Shown: positions 48,451 through 62,621 of the stretch, piece by piece
Position numbering within the stretch: the stretch's first letter is position 1
Layout: every line of letters starts with the position of its first letter
Assembly: GCA_963806225.1 (NCBI GenBank)
Contig: CAWDXG010000004.1
Coordinates: forward strand, 4,672,001-4,736,000
Source: an uncultured delta proteobacterium
GTDB lineage: Bacteria > Myxococcota_A > Polyangia > Polyangiales > Polyangiaceae
Reading direction: 5' to 3'
DNA length: 64,000 nucleotides
Position numbers and translations under genes: made by a program
The notes under the pieces: model-generated
Database searches by the model: none
The model's input: the letters and a program-made list of their open reading frames with translations, nothing else
Told to the model about the DNA's origin: nothing

Positions 48451-50866
48451 ATGACCGAGTTTTCCGGTTCGCTCCAGGCCATCGAGCTCTCCGCGTCGCT
48501 CTGGCTGATCCCGCTTCTGCCACTACTGGTGGCGGCGCTCTCGGCTCTGAAGCGCGCGGCGCCCGACGAGGACGAGCCCCAGCCGCTGTCGGCCCACTGG
48601 CACCTCGAGGCGGCGCTGGGCGCGCTAGCGCTTCTGGGCTTCGAGCTCTTCGAGCTCCTGACGTTGCCGGTCCACCGCCGCTTTCTGCTGGACACGCTGG
48701 GCTCGGTGCTGCGCATCGGATCGCTCGAGGTGGATCTGTCGCTATCGCTCGATCCGCTCTCGGCCGTGGCGGGACTACTGGTGGCCGTGTGCGGGGCGGT
48801 CGCCATCGCGCACATCTCGCTGCCCCACAAGAAGGAGACGGAGCCGGCGACAGCGCGGCGTCTCGAGGCGCTGTCGCTCGGGCTCGGATCGATGCTGCTC
48901 CTGGTGCTCGCGTCCAACCTGGCGATGCTGCTGGTTGGCTGGGGTGCTGCGTCGCTGGCCGGCTATCTGCTTCTGTCCGGGCGTGGCGGTGTGGCGTTCG
49001 CGCTGGGGCGCTTCGCCGACCTGGCGCTGCTGGCTGGTGCGGCGCTCCTGTTCTGGACGCTGGGTGGCGCCTGGAGCCGCTCGGGCGAGTACATGCCGGA
49101 CTTCCGCGCGCGGGTCGTCGCGGTGGAGGGCAAGCTCGCCCCGCTCACCGATCAGCAGCTGGAAAAGCCCAGCGAGAAGCAGCAGCGCGAGGCGCCGCGC
49201 ATCGAGGCGAGCGGCAAGCTCAGCTTCAACGCGCTGCCCGGCGCCACGGTGCGCATCGGCGGCGCGACGCTCTGCGAGATCGGCGATGACGGCCAGCGCG
49301 GCGGGCTGGGCGTGCCGTCCAGGCCGTGTCGCGTCGCGGCGCACTCGCCGTTCGAGCGCGTGCCGGTGCCCCTGGCGGTCCAGGATTTCCACATCGACCT
49401 GGGAGCCGGGGCCAACCCGCTGCGGGTCGAGAAGGTACGCGTCCAGCCGGATGCGCAGATCCAGTTGGCGGTGGCGGGCTCGACGCTGGACTTCCGCGAG
49501 ATGCGCGACCAGCTCGCGATGCGTGACAAGGCGGGCGACTACGCTTTGCAAACGAGCTCTTCTGGACAAGAAGCTCTGGGGTCTGCCCGCGCTCACTCTG
49601 GCGCTTCTCTTGATCGTGCTGGCCGCGCTGGCGAAGAGCGCGCAGTGGCCGCTGGGCGGTGGCTCGCGCGAGCGGGATGCCGCGCTCCTGACGGGCGGAG
49701 GAGGTCTGGTTGCCGGCGCGTATCTGGTGGCGCGCTTTCGGTTCTATCTGCCGCTCGCGCCGACGGCGGGCGGGCTGCTCGCGCTGTTCGGCTCGATCAC
49801 GGCGCTCCTGGTCGGGCTCTTCGTGCTCCTGTCGCGAGACCCGCGGCGCATCGCGCTGGGCTTTGCGGTCGGACAGGTCGGTCTTGCTCTGATCGGAATT
49901 GGATCGGGCGCACTGGCGGCGGGCGTGCTGGAGCTCCTCGTGGTGGTGCCGGCGGCAGTGGTCCTGCTGCGCGCGGCGGAAGATGTGGAGCACGCGCTGG
50001 GGACAGCGCCGGATCTGGCGAGGCTGGGCGGGCTGGGGACGGCGCTGCCGCGGACGGCGCGCGCCTGGTTCATCGCGTCGCTCGCTGCCACCGCCGCGCC
50101 CTATCCGGCTCTGGGCGCCTTCTGGTCGCGGGAATCGCTGTTCTGGGGCGCGTTTACCGGTGGCAACACGGGTCCGGTCCCCGGCGCGGTGCTGGTCGTG
50201 TTCGGTGTGCTCGGCGGCACGGCCCTGTGCTTTGCGGTGTGGCGCGCGTACTTCCTGCTGTTCACGGGCAAGAGCGCCGGCAAGAAGCGCCCGCGCGTGA
50301 AGATCCCGCCGCCGGAGATCCGCACGCGGATTCTGCTCGGGCTCGCGTGGCTGTCGCTGCTCGTGGGGCTCCTGGGGGCGTCGGACAGCGTGCTCGACAG
50401 CGCGCAGCCGGCGTTCCCTGCGCTGATGGCGACCTGGCTCGCCCCGCTGATCAGAGCGGGGAATCTCTCGTTCGCGCCGCTCGGCACGGGAATGCGGCTC
50501 GGGCTGCTGTTGGTCGGGTTCGGGGTGCCGCTCTTGGCGTGGTCGGCGGCGCGCCGCCGCTACGGACCGGGGCGCGAGAAGAACTGGCTGGAGGCCGAGC
50601 GCGGGATGAAGCTGTTTGCTTGGCTGGAGCGCGGCGATCCCGTGCCGCGGCTGACAGCGCCGGTGGGTCGCGGTGTGATCGCGCTCGGGGCGGCGCTGGG
50701 GCGGCTCGATGACGTGCTGGCGTTCGGAGGCGGGAGCGAGAGCGCGGACGACGACGAGAAGAGCGAGAGCGGGAGCGGCGACGCGGACGACGACGACGCG
50801 GACAATGACGACCCGGACGACGACGACCCGGACGACGACGACGAGAGCAAGGAGGGCGCGAAGTGA
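48451..50866 (+). CDS. divergent NuoL-like antiporter subunit with inserted soluble domain (frameshift near 49550)
   Basis: LWLIPLLPL, LDPLS, RFADL, AKSAQWPL, GAYLVAR, DLARLGGL and AFWSRESL; about 165-aa insertion; Asp-rich tail. Confidence 0.8.
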
Positions 50867-53059
50867 AGCGTCGGATTGCGATGCTCGCGGCGCTGGTCGT
50901 GGCGGTGCTGGTCGCGGTGCCGGCGTTGGCGGCGCCCGCGCTCGTGCTCAGGCCGGCGCACGGTACCGCACCGCTCGAGCTGAGGCCTGCCGGCAACGGC
51001 TACGCCGGCCAGCTCGTGCTCCAGAACACCGGAAACGCCGACGTGGCGGTGCGCAGGCTGGAGATGCGGGGGGGCAGCGCGGAAAACCCGCGTCTACCCG
51101 TGGGGGTGACGGCGGCGTTCGAGAACGGCGGCACGAGCGCGGTGCTGTCGCCCGGCGCGTCCAAGCGCGTCGAGGTGCGTTGGACGCTGCCGCGACGGAT
51201 CCGTGTGCGCCAGCTGTGGGGCGAGGTGGTGGTCCTGACAGGCGAGAGCGCGGCGCCGAGCGCTTCCGCCGGCGTGCACGCACAGCTGCCCATGGCGATC
51301 CCGTGGCTGCTCGGTCACGCCTGCACCTGGCTGATCCTGATTCCGCTGATCGGCATTGTGGCGCTCTTCGCCGCTCACCTGGCAGGCTATCGCAAGCTGC
51401 GCAATCTGCGCTGGATCGGCATCGTCGCCAGCGGCGTGCAGCTTGCGCTGGCGCTCGGCCTGCTGGTGCGATTCGACCCCGCGCTGAGCCGGCTCGACGG
51501 CAACTCGGGCTACCAGCTCATCGAGCAGGGCCGGCTCCTGCCCGGGCTCGGGATCCAGTACGCGCTCGGCATCGACGGCATCTCGATCGGGTTGCTCGTC
51601 ATGGTGCCGCTGCTCGCGCTGGCGGCCTCGTTGATGAGCTACTCGGTGAGCCGCCGGCTCAAGTCGTACTGGCTCCTGCTTCTGCTGCTCGACGCGGGCC
51701 TGACGGGAGTGTTCGCCTCGCTCGATTCGATGTTGCTGGTCGGCTTCCTGGTGGTCGCGCTGGTTGCCGCGGTGCTGCTCGTCGCGGGCTCCGGCGGGCA
51801 GAAGCGGGCGGCTCTGCCGGCGGCCATGTACCTGGGTGCGGCCGTGCTGCTGCTCGTGTTCGTGTTCGTGTACCTGTCGGGTCACGCCGGGACGAGCTAC
51901 CTGTTCGATGGCTCGCCGTCGCCGCGCACCTTCTCGCTCATCGAGCTGTCGCACGTGGACTTCGCCCACAGGGGGCTTCTGATCGCCGGCCACAACGCGG
52001 TCAAGCTGCTCTACAGCGCGCTGTTCGTCGCCTGCGCGCTGCGTGCTGGGCGCGCCGCCGCTGCACGCCTGGTTGCCGCGCGCGCTCGGTCGCGCGCCGA
52101 GCGGCGTGGCGATGCTCGTCGCCGGCGCCGTGATGCCGGTCGGCGCGTACCTGCTTCTGCGTGTCGGTTACGCCGTGCTGCCGCAGGGCGCCGCCTGGGC
52201 GGCACAGACCGTTGCCGCATTCGGCGCCGCGGGCGTTGTCTACGCTGGGCTTGCAGCGCTCGCGCAGCCGGACCTCCGCCGCTTTGCCGCCTACGCATCG
52301 GTGAGCCAGATGAGCCTGTGCCTGCTGGCGCTGGGTTCGCTGACAGCCATCGGCGTGCAGGGCGCTGTGATGCAGATGCTCGGCCACGGGCTGGTTGCGG
52401 CTCTGCTGTTCGGGGTGATCGGTGCGCTGGGCGAGCGGCTGCACGAGACCCGCATCGACGCGTCTGCAGGTCTTTCGCGCGAGCGGCCCGAGCTGGGGCT
52501 GCTGCTCGCGGTCGCGCTCTTGGCCTCGCTCGGGCTGCCCGGCACGACCGGGTTCGTCGCCGAGTTGCTCGTGCTCATCGGAGCGACTCCTCTGGCGCGC
52601 GTGCCGATGCTGCTCGCCGTGATCGGGCTGGTGATCGCGGCTCTGGCGCACGTCCGGGTGTTCGGGCGCGTGCTGTCCGGTGACATTTCCCGAGCGCTTC
52701 CGGCGGGGCCCTACCTCGAAGCGCACGGCGGACGGGTTCCGCCGCTCGAGCAGCGTGAGGTGACGGCGCTCGTTCCGCTGGCGGTGCTGGTCGTGCTGCT
52801 GGGTATCGCGCCAGGGCTGCTGCTGTCCGCGACGCGGGGCAGCTGCCTCGATCACGCCGATCGCGTGAATCCGCCCGGCCCGACCCAGGTGGTCGAACGA
52901 GCGCCCGCGGCTTCCGTGCGGCTGGCAGAGCTGGAGCCGAACCCCCCGGAAATAAACAGTATTTGCTATTTTCCGGTTAAGTCTTCGCCGAGTTCTGCCG
53001 TCGTGCAGGATAGGCCGGCGCATTGGCGCGGGCCCCCAGCCGAGAGGACCAGCAGATGA
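50863..53059 (+). CDS. divergent NuoM-like antiporter subunit with N-terminal Ig-like extension (frameshift near 52045; end uncertain)
   Basis: Signal peptide and beta-rich domain, then YALGIDGIS, PLHAWLPRA, DLRRFAAYASVSQM, QMLGHG and LASLGLPGTTGFVAE. Confidence 0.82.
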
Positions 53060-53499
53060 ATCCAGCGAAGCAAGTCGCGGCGCCGAAGCGCGAGGAACGC
53101 CAGGAGGCGACGATCACCCGACTCGACTCCGCAGCCGTTCCCACGACCCCTCCCCAGCGACGCGAGAACCCGCGCTATGGGGTCGAGCTCGACGTGAGCC
53201 TGGGCAGCGAGCACAACTTCTACGCCGGCTTCATCGAGAACATGTCCTCCGGTGGCGTGTTCGTCGCTACTCACATGATCAAGCCGGTCGGCGAGAGCCT
53301 GGAGATCTCCATCCACCTTCCCGACAGGGACATCCTGGTGCGGGGCGTCGGCGAGGTGCGCTGGATCCGCGAGTACTCCGAGCAGAGCAACGTGCCGCCT
53401 GGCATGGGCGTGCGCTTCGTGCACCTGGAACCGGGATCGCTGGAGGCCATCGAGGCCTTCCTCAAGCAGCGCGATCCGCTCTTCTTCGACGACGACTAG
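53056..53499 (+). CDS. TIGR02266-family PilZ domain protein
   Basis: RRENPR...NFYAGFIENMSSGGVFVAT...PGMGVRF...RDPLFFDD. Confidence 0.9.
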   Translation: MNPAKQVAAPKREERQEATITRLDSAAVPTTPPQRRENPRYGVELDVSLGSEHNFYAGFIENMSSGGVFVATHMIKPVGESLEISIHLPDRDILVRGVGEVRWIREYSEQSNVPPGMGVRFVHLEPGSLEAIEAFLKQRDPLFFDDD

Positions 53500-54383
53500 T
53501 TCCAGAGCGCGGGTAGCGCGGTCCAGGGGGCCGCGCTCCTTCGCGCTCAGGCGCCGCTCCTGCTCCCCGCGGATGCGCTTTTCTTCCTGGCCGAGCTCGC
53601 TGATGACCTCGAGCGCGCGCTCGGCCACGGCGCGATGCACGCGCGGCGAGCGCGGCTTGTCGAGCAGATCGCCGAAGTCGACGGGAGCACCGAACACGAT
53701 GTTCACGGTCTGCCCGGTGCCGGTGAAGTTGCTCGTCACCTGGCGCCCGAGGTTCTCCTGCAGGAGCCCGTTGATGAACACCGGGATCACGGGCACCTTG
53801 GCCTCGTGGATGATCCGGCCGACGCCGCGCTGCGCCGGCAGAAGCGTGTACGGGTCGTCGTCCTTCTTGCGCGTGCCTTCGGGGTGGAGCCCGGCGAAGG
53901 TACCGCCGCGGCGCAGCATCCACGCCAGCTCGTCCAGGCTCAGCACGTTGAGCGTGCAGCTTCTTCCGCTCGCGGAAGATCGGCGGGTACATCGCGAAGA
54001 AGCTCATCGCCCCGTTCACGACGAAGCCGAGCGCGCGGTCGTAGAAGAAGTTCGCGCGCACCGGGAACGCGATGCGGTGCGGCAGCATGCCGGCGTGCAC
54101 GAGGTGGCTCGTGACCACGTACAGGTCGAAGAAGCTGCGGTGGTTGGCGACGCAGATGAAGCTCTGCCGCGGGTCGAACTCCGGCAGGCGCTCGAGCCCG
54201 TGCACCTGCCGCAGGTTCTTCGTGCAGACGTGAATCCAGTTCGCGCCGACGTTCTTCTGCAGAAAGCGGATGGAACTGGTCGAGCCTGCCGGGCTCGAAG
54301 CTCCGGCGGATGAGGGCGATCTGCGTGCGTTCGGTGCGGCCCAGACGGCTCTCGGAGGCCGCGAGGAGATTGGGACGGTCCAC
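53500..54383 (-). CDS. lysophospholipid acyltransferase family protein (frameshifted; end approximate)
   Basis: ANHRSFFD and HPEGTR motifs lie in different frames. Confidence 0.85.
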
Positions 54384-54545
54384 GATTGCGATTTAGCAGA
54401 CGTGCGGCTGGGCGCGCGAGCCGAACTCCCGCGTAGCCGCGTGCGCAGCCGCGTCCGTTTTGCGCGTCCGGGGGCGAAAAGGGCGTACGCACCGGGCCGC
54501 CGACCCGTCGGGCAGCGGCTGCCAGGACCCCCCAAGGTCAGGCTG

Positions 54546-54868
54546 CTACTTGACGACCACCTGGGCCGAGAAGGGCATGCACTGGTTCTTCGAGCAGATG
54601 GCGCCGCGGAGCTTGCCGGCGCCCGAGGGCGCGCCGCTGACGCTGGCCGTGGTGTGCGAGAAGGAGAAGTGGCTCTTGTCGAGCTTGATGCTGCCCACCG
54701 TGAGCTTCCACGGGAACTTGTTGTTGACGTGCCAGCCGGCGTGCGTCGTGACGGTCACCTTGCCCTTGGCGGTGTGCACGTCGTAGTTCGGCCCGCCTGG
54801 GCGGGGGAGACGAGGGTACCGGCGGTGGCGAGGACTGCGACGGCCGTCGCAAGCAAGAGAGGGCGCAT
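54546..54868 (-). CDS. small secreted protein, DsbD-N-like fold possible (frameshift near 54790)
   Basis: RBS ggag and signal peptide MRPLLLATAV..., then GWHVNNKFPWKL...ICSKNQC. Confidence 0.6.
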
Positions 54869-55074
54869 GTCGTATCTCCTTTCGAGGGGCACACTCTTGT
54901 CCATCAGGACGCGACGAGCAAGCCGGAGTGGGGGACTGCCGCGTGGGCGTAATCTTTCAATTGCACCGGTCCAAGGGGGGTGGGGGCTGGGCCGGGAGCG
55001 AGTCATGGATGTTGTACGTTGTAGCCGGCCCGGACCTTCCCCACCGGCTGCCCGATTTGTGGAAAATGCAGCAG

Positions 55075-56304
55075 CTACGGGGTTTTTTCCGGAGCCCCGG
55101 CGCGTTCTTCAGGTGGGCGTATATTGCGGAAGAAGGCGTAGTAGAGCACGGCGTTGACGGCCTGCAGGCCCGCGGCGAGCTCGAGCGGCAAGCCCACCCA
55201 GACGCTCTGCATCAGCGAGCCGGCGATGGTCGGTCCGGGGCTCGACAGCACCTGTAGCGGCAGGTTGCTGAAGCCCGCGGCGGTGCTGCGATCGCGTTCG
55301 GGGATCACTCCCATCAGGAACGACTGGCGGATCGGGTTGGACAGCGTGTTCACGCCGGTTCGCATCAGGAAGAACGCGCTCGCGAGCCAGAAGGTCGGCA
55401 TCAGGGCCATGGTCGCGAGCAACGCGAGCCCGGCGAAGCGCGCTGCGACGATCGCGCGCACCGAGCCGAAGCGTCGCGCCAGCCGCCCCGAGAGCAGGTT
55501 CGAGGGAGCCGCGCCCAGGTTCGCCAGCAGGAACAGACCGCCGAGCTCCGTGGAGGTTGCGCCGAAGCGGACGTGGAACCAGTAGACCAGCACTGGCCCG
55601 AGGAAGCCGACGGCCAGCCCGTTGGTGCCGTTCGTGATCAAAAAGCGCAACAGCACCGGGCGCGTTGCCGGCTCGAGCGCGAACGCTCTGCGGGGCGGCG
55701 GGCGCGGCTTTTCCGTGACGGGGAGCACGACTGCGACCATCGCGAGGCCGATCAGCACGGTCAGGCCGAACAGCAGCCGATCGCCGACGAGCGGATCCAC
55801 GCCGGCCCAGCTCTGCAGTAGCCCCGGGGACATCGCGATGAGCGAGCCGGCTGCGCCGCTCAGCGTGCCGATGAGCGCCAGCGCGCCGAAGACGCGCGTG
55901 CGGTTCTCGTCGCCGGCGTGCTCGGCGATGAGCGGCTGCTCGGCAGGGTAGTACGGGCCGAACGCGCCGCCCGAACCGGCGCCGCCCCCGCGCCCGATGC
56001 TGCCCGCAGCGGCCGCGGCGAGCAGCACGTACAGGTTCGTGCCGAGCGCGAAGCCGAGCCCGCCGAGCGCGGTGAGCAGGCCGAGCATCACGAGCAGGCG
56101 CTTGCGCCCGAAGCGGTCGGCGAGCACGCCGACCGCGAGCGTTAGCAGCATGCCGCCCACGGCGCCTGCGGTGAACACGAGGCCGACCTGGACCGCGGAG
56201 TAGTGCAGCCGCGCCAGGTACAGGGGCGCGATGACGCCGAGATAGCCGAGCGTCAGGCTCCTGAGCGCGCGGCCGGCGAGCAGCAGCCGGAGCTGGCGGT
56301 TCAT
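55075..56304 (-). CDS. MFS transporter
   Basis: GVLADRFGRKRLL motif A and multiple TM helices. Confidence 0.92.
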   Translation of the reverse strand: MNRQLRLLLAGRALRSLTLGYLGVIAPLYLARLHYSAVQVGLVFTAGAVGGMLLTLAVGVLADRFGRKRLLVMLGLLTALGGLGFALGTNLYVLLAAAAAGSIGRGGGAGSGGAFGPYYPAEQPLIAEHAGDENRTRVFGALALIGTLSGAAGSLIAMSPGLLQSWAGVDPLVGDRLLFGLTVLIGLAMVAVVLPVTEKPRPPPRRAFALEPATRPVLLRFLITNGTNGLAVGFLGPVLVYWFHVRFGATSTELGGLFLLANLGAAPSNLLSGRLARRFGSVRAIVAARFAGLALLATMALMPTFWLASAFFLMRTGVNTLSNPIRQSFLMGVIPERDRSTAAGFSNLPLQVLSSPGPTIAGSLMQSVWVGLPLELAAGLQAVNAVLYYAFFRNIRPPEERAGAPEKTP

Positions 56305-57632
56305 CGCCCGACCCGCGCCTGGCGCAGGATTTCGCCGAGCCGGGGGCGCGAGCCGGTCAGAAGCAGTCCCACGCGGAACAGCCGGGCGCCGATCGCGATG
56401 GCGGCGACGATCGACACCAGCATCACCGCGAGCGAGCCGGCCAGCTGCCAGCCGGGCATGCCGCCGGGATCGATGCTGAGGCGCGTCACGATGGTGATCG
56501 GCGCCGTGAACGGGATCCAGCTGAGCACGCGGGCCAGCGTACCGTGCGGGTCGGATAGCAGCACCGTCATCAGCATCACGGGAACCATCGCCGGCAGCGC
56601 CAACAGCATGCCGAACTGCTGGCTTTCGCGCGCGTTGCTGCCGAAGGAACCGGTCGCGAGCATCAGGCTGCCAATGAACAGATAACCGAGCAGGAACAGC
56701 GGGCCGGCCGCGGCGATCGCAGTCCAGGGCAGGGCCGATGCGGCGCCGCCGAGCTCGACGGGCGCGGACAGCGCGCCGCCCGCAAGCATGGTCGACCACA
56801 CGCCGACCTGCAGGAGCCCCGCGGCGCCGAGGCCGATCAGCTTGCCGGCCATGATCTCGTCGGCGCTGGCGGACGCGAGCAGCACCTCGACGACCTTGTT
56901 CTCCTTCTCTACCGCCACGCCCTGCACCAGATACGAGGACGTGCTGACGAGCGACATCATCAGGAGCAGCGCCAGGATCAGCGGGACCAGCAGGCGCGCG
57001 GACATCTCGCTGTCGTTCGCGGCCTGCCGCTCCACGCCCGTCGTGCTGGGCAGCGTGCGGCGCTCGGCGCGTACCGGATCGAGCGCGCGCGACAGCAGCG
57101 GACCCTTGACCTGGCCGGTCAGGAGCTGGCGCCTGGCCAGCGCCCCGAGTGCGCGCTCGGTGGAGGCGCGGCCGATGCCGTCCAGCGGTCCGTCCTCTGC
57201 GCGCACGGCCTTGACCTTGCCGCTTTCGAGCCAGTCCGGCTCGAACACGAAGTAGCCGCGCAGCTTTCCGGCGCGGAGCTTGTCGCGCGCAGCGCTGCCG
57301 GAGGCAAACGGCACGAACACGACCTGGCCCTGCTCCAGCGCGCCGGTAGCCGCGAGCCCGGCTCGATGGAGCAGCTTCGCGGTGCGGCTGCTGGGTGCCT
57401 GCTGGCGGGCGGGCTGGTCGAGGTGCAGCGCGCCGCTCTGGTCCACGATGCCGAACAGCGCGGGCGTTTCGGCGTGGCTCTGCATGGCCTGGCCCTGCAG
57501 CGCGCCGACGCCGCCGAACAAGAGCGTGAAGAACAGCGGCATCACGAAGGTGAACACCAGATAGGGCACGCGCCGCACCACCGACGACAGCTCCCAGCTG
57601 GCGATGATGCGGACCTTGGCCGGGCGGATCAC
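56301..57632 (-). CDS. ABC-2 type permease (NatB/YhaP-like)
   Basis: EKENKVVEVLLAS...MAGKLIG and LSWIPFTAP. Confidence 0.9.
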   Translation of the reverse strand: MIRPAKVRIIASWELSSVVRRVPYLVFTFVMPLFFTLLFGGVGALQGQAMQSHAETPALFGIVDQSGALHLDQPARQQAPSSRTAKLLHRAGLAATGALEQGQVVFVPFASGSAARDKLRAGKLRGYFVFEPDWLESGKVKAVRAEDGPLDGIGRASTERALGALARRQLLTGQVKGPLLSRALDPVRAERRTLPSTTGVERQAANDSEMSARLLVPLILALLLMMSLVSTSSYLVQGVAVEKENKVVEVLLASASADEIMAGKLIGLGAAGLLQVGVWSTMLAGGALSAPVELGGAASALPWTAIAAAGPLFLLGYLFIGSLMLATGSFGSNARESQQFGMLLALPAMVPVMLMTVLLSDPHGTLARVLSWIPFTAPITIVTRLSIDPGGMPGWQLAGSLAVMLVSIVAAIAIGARLFRVGLLLTGSRPRLGEILRQARVGR

Positions 57633-58537
57633 GCGGCGTGCTCCTGGCCGTCGGCTTCGGCCACCACGCGCACGAAGATCTCCTCCATGCTGGCGACCAC
57701 GGGCTCGAAGCTCTCGACGCGCATTCCGCCGCGTACCAGCTCGGCCAGGAGCTCGGCCGGTGCGCGCCCATCCTCGATGCGGACGAGCCAGCTGCCGTCG
57801 GTTTCGCGGCAGCGGGTGACGCCGTCGAGTGCGGGCAGCTCGTCGGGCGAGACCACGCGGAGCTCGGGCTGCGAGTGGCGCCGCCGCACGTCGTCGACGG
57901 TGCCGTATACGAGCAGCCGCCCGTTGTGGATCAGTGCGACGCGGTCGCACAGCCCCTCCACCTCGTTCATCTGGTGCGTCGAGAGGATCGTGGTGCGTCC
58001 CGCGGCGCGCCGCTCGCGGATGAGCTCGCGCACGAGCCTGAGGCTCACCGGATCGAGCCCCGAGAATGGCTCGTCCAGGATGCAGAGCTCCGGCTCGCAC
58101 AAGAGCGCCGAGGCGAGCTGCACCTTCTGGCTCATGCCCTTGCTCAGCCGCTCCACGCGCCAAGCGGCGGTGTGGGCGAGGTCGAGCCGCGCGAGCCAGC
58201 GATCCGAGCGTTCTTTCGCTTCTCGCCGCGACAGGCCCTTGAGCATGCCGAAGAAGACGAGCACCTCCGACACCGTCTGCTTCTTGTACAGGCCGCGCTC
58301 TTCCGGCAGGTAGCCGAGGGTGTCGAGCACCTGCCAGGTGATCGGCCTGCCCTCCAGCAGCACGCGTCCGGAGTCGGCGCGGATGATGTCCATCACGATG
58401 CGGATCAGCGTGCTCTTGCCCGCGCCGTTTGGTCCAAGCAGCCCCAGCACCTCGCCTGCGCCGACTTCGAGGTCGATGCCCGACAGCGCTGGCGTGTCGC
58501 CGTAGCGCTTGTGGACTCCCTCGATGACCAGCGCCAT
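57629..58537 (-). CDS. ABC transporter ATP-binding protein
   Basis: GPNGAGKST, GYLPEERGLY, LSKGMSQK and DEPFSGLDP. Confidence 0.94.
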   Translation of the reverse strand: MALVIEGVHKRYGDTPALSGIDLEVGAGEVLGLLGPNGAGKSTLIRIVMDIIRADSGRVLLEGRPITWQVLDTLGYLPEERGLYKKQTVSEVLVFFGMLKGLSRREAKERSDRWLARLDLAHTAAWRVERLSKGMSQKVQLASALLCEPELCILDEPFSGLDPVSLRLVRELIRERRAAGRTTILSTHQMNEVEGLCDRVALIHNGRLLVYGTVDDVRRRHSQPELRVVSPDELPALDGVTRCRETDGSWLVRIEDGRAPAELLAELVRGGMRVESFEPVVASMEEIFVRVVAEADGQEHAA

Positions 58538-58538
58538 C

Positions 58539-61642
<3,104 letters not shown>

Positions 61643-62455
61643 CTAGCGCCCGCGCAGGCGGTGCTGCTCGGCCACCATGCGATCGCGCACGGCGTCGTGC
61701 AGACGCCGGTGATCGAAGTCGAACTCGGCCGGGTCCATGGGGTCGAGGATGCGCACCAGCACCTGCTGGGGATTGATGCGGAAGCTGTGCTTCGGCAGGA
61801 CGTGGTTCGTCCCCTCCAGCACCAGCGGCACTACCGGCACCTTGTTGCGGGCCGCGATCAGGAACGCCCCGCGATAGAACTTCTTGATCTCGCCGTCGGG
61901 TGAGCGTGTCCCTTCCGGAAAAACGAACAAGCTGTGCCCCTGGCTGAGCTTCTCGTGGCACATGCGCACCATGCGCATGATGCTCGGCAGGTAGCCGCGC
62001 TTGAGTGGGATGTAGCCGTTCAGCGCCATGTTCCAGCCCAGGAACGGGGCGTAGAAGTTCTCGATCTTGCTCACCCAGAGAAAGTCGAGCTTCGTCGCGA
62101 ACACCGCCAGGATGTCGACCATCGACTGGTGGTTCGACACGAACACGTACGGCCCTGCGCCGAGCCGCTCGCGCCCCTCCACGCGCACGCCGGCCAGTGG
62201 CGCCCACGCCAGATAGTGGCCGCCCCACCAGCTGGTGTAGCGATGCAGGAGCTTGCGCTTCTTGTCGAAGGGCGCGGTCACCACGAAGATGCCGAGCGCC
62301 GGGAAGAACAGCAGCGCGCAGGTCGTCAGCAGGTACGGCCAGTACAGGGTGCTGTAGATGCTTGTCAGCGCTGCACTGCGCCGTGGCCCAGGACGCTTTG
62401 GCGCTGCCGCCTTCGCGGTTCGCGCTTCCTCGACGGATGCCCCGCTGCTCGCCAT
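61643..62455 (-). CDS. 1-acyl-sn-glycerol-3-phosphate acyltransferase (PlsC-like)
   Basis: SNHQSMVD and FPEGTRS. Confidence 0.92.
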   Translation of the reverse strand: MASSGASVEEARTAKAAAPKRPGPRRSAALTSIYSTLYWPYLLTTCALLFFPALGIFVVTAPFDKKRKLLHRYTSWWGGHYLAWAPLAGVRVEGRERLGAGPYVFVSNHQSMVDILAVFATKLDFLWVSKIENFYAPFLGWNMALNGYIPLKRGYLPSIMRMVRMCHEKLSQGHSLFVFPEGTRSPDGEIKKFYRGAFLIAARNKVPVVPLVLEGTNHVLPKHSFRINPQQVLVRILDPMDPAEFDFDHRRLHDAVRDRMVAEQHRLRGR

Positions 62456-62621
62456 CCCCACCAAGTATGACGCACCCGTTTGCGGGCGCGTCAATGCCGC
62501 TCCCTGGCGCAGCGCGGCATCGCGCGGGTCCGCCTATTTTCCTGGGGGTCCTGGCAGCCGCTGCGCGTCGAGGAGCCGGCCCGACACGTACCCTCTGCCC
62601 CTCCCTGGCGGCGGCCGGCGC

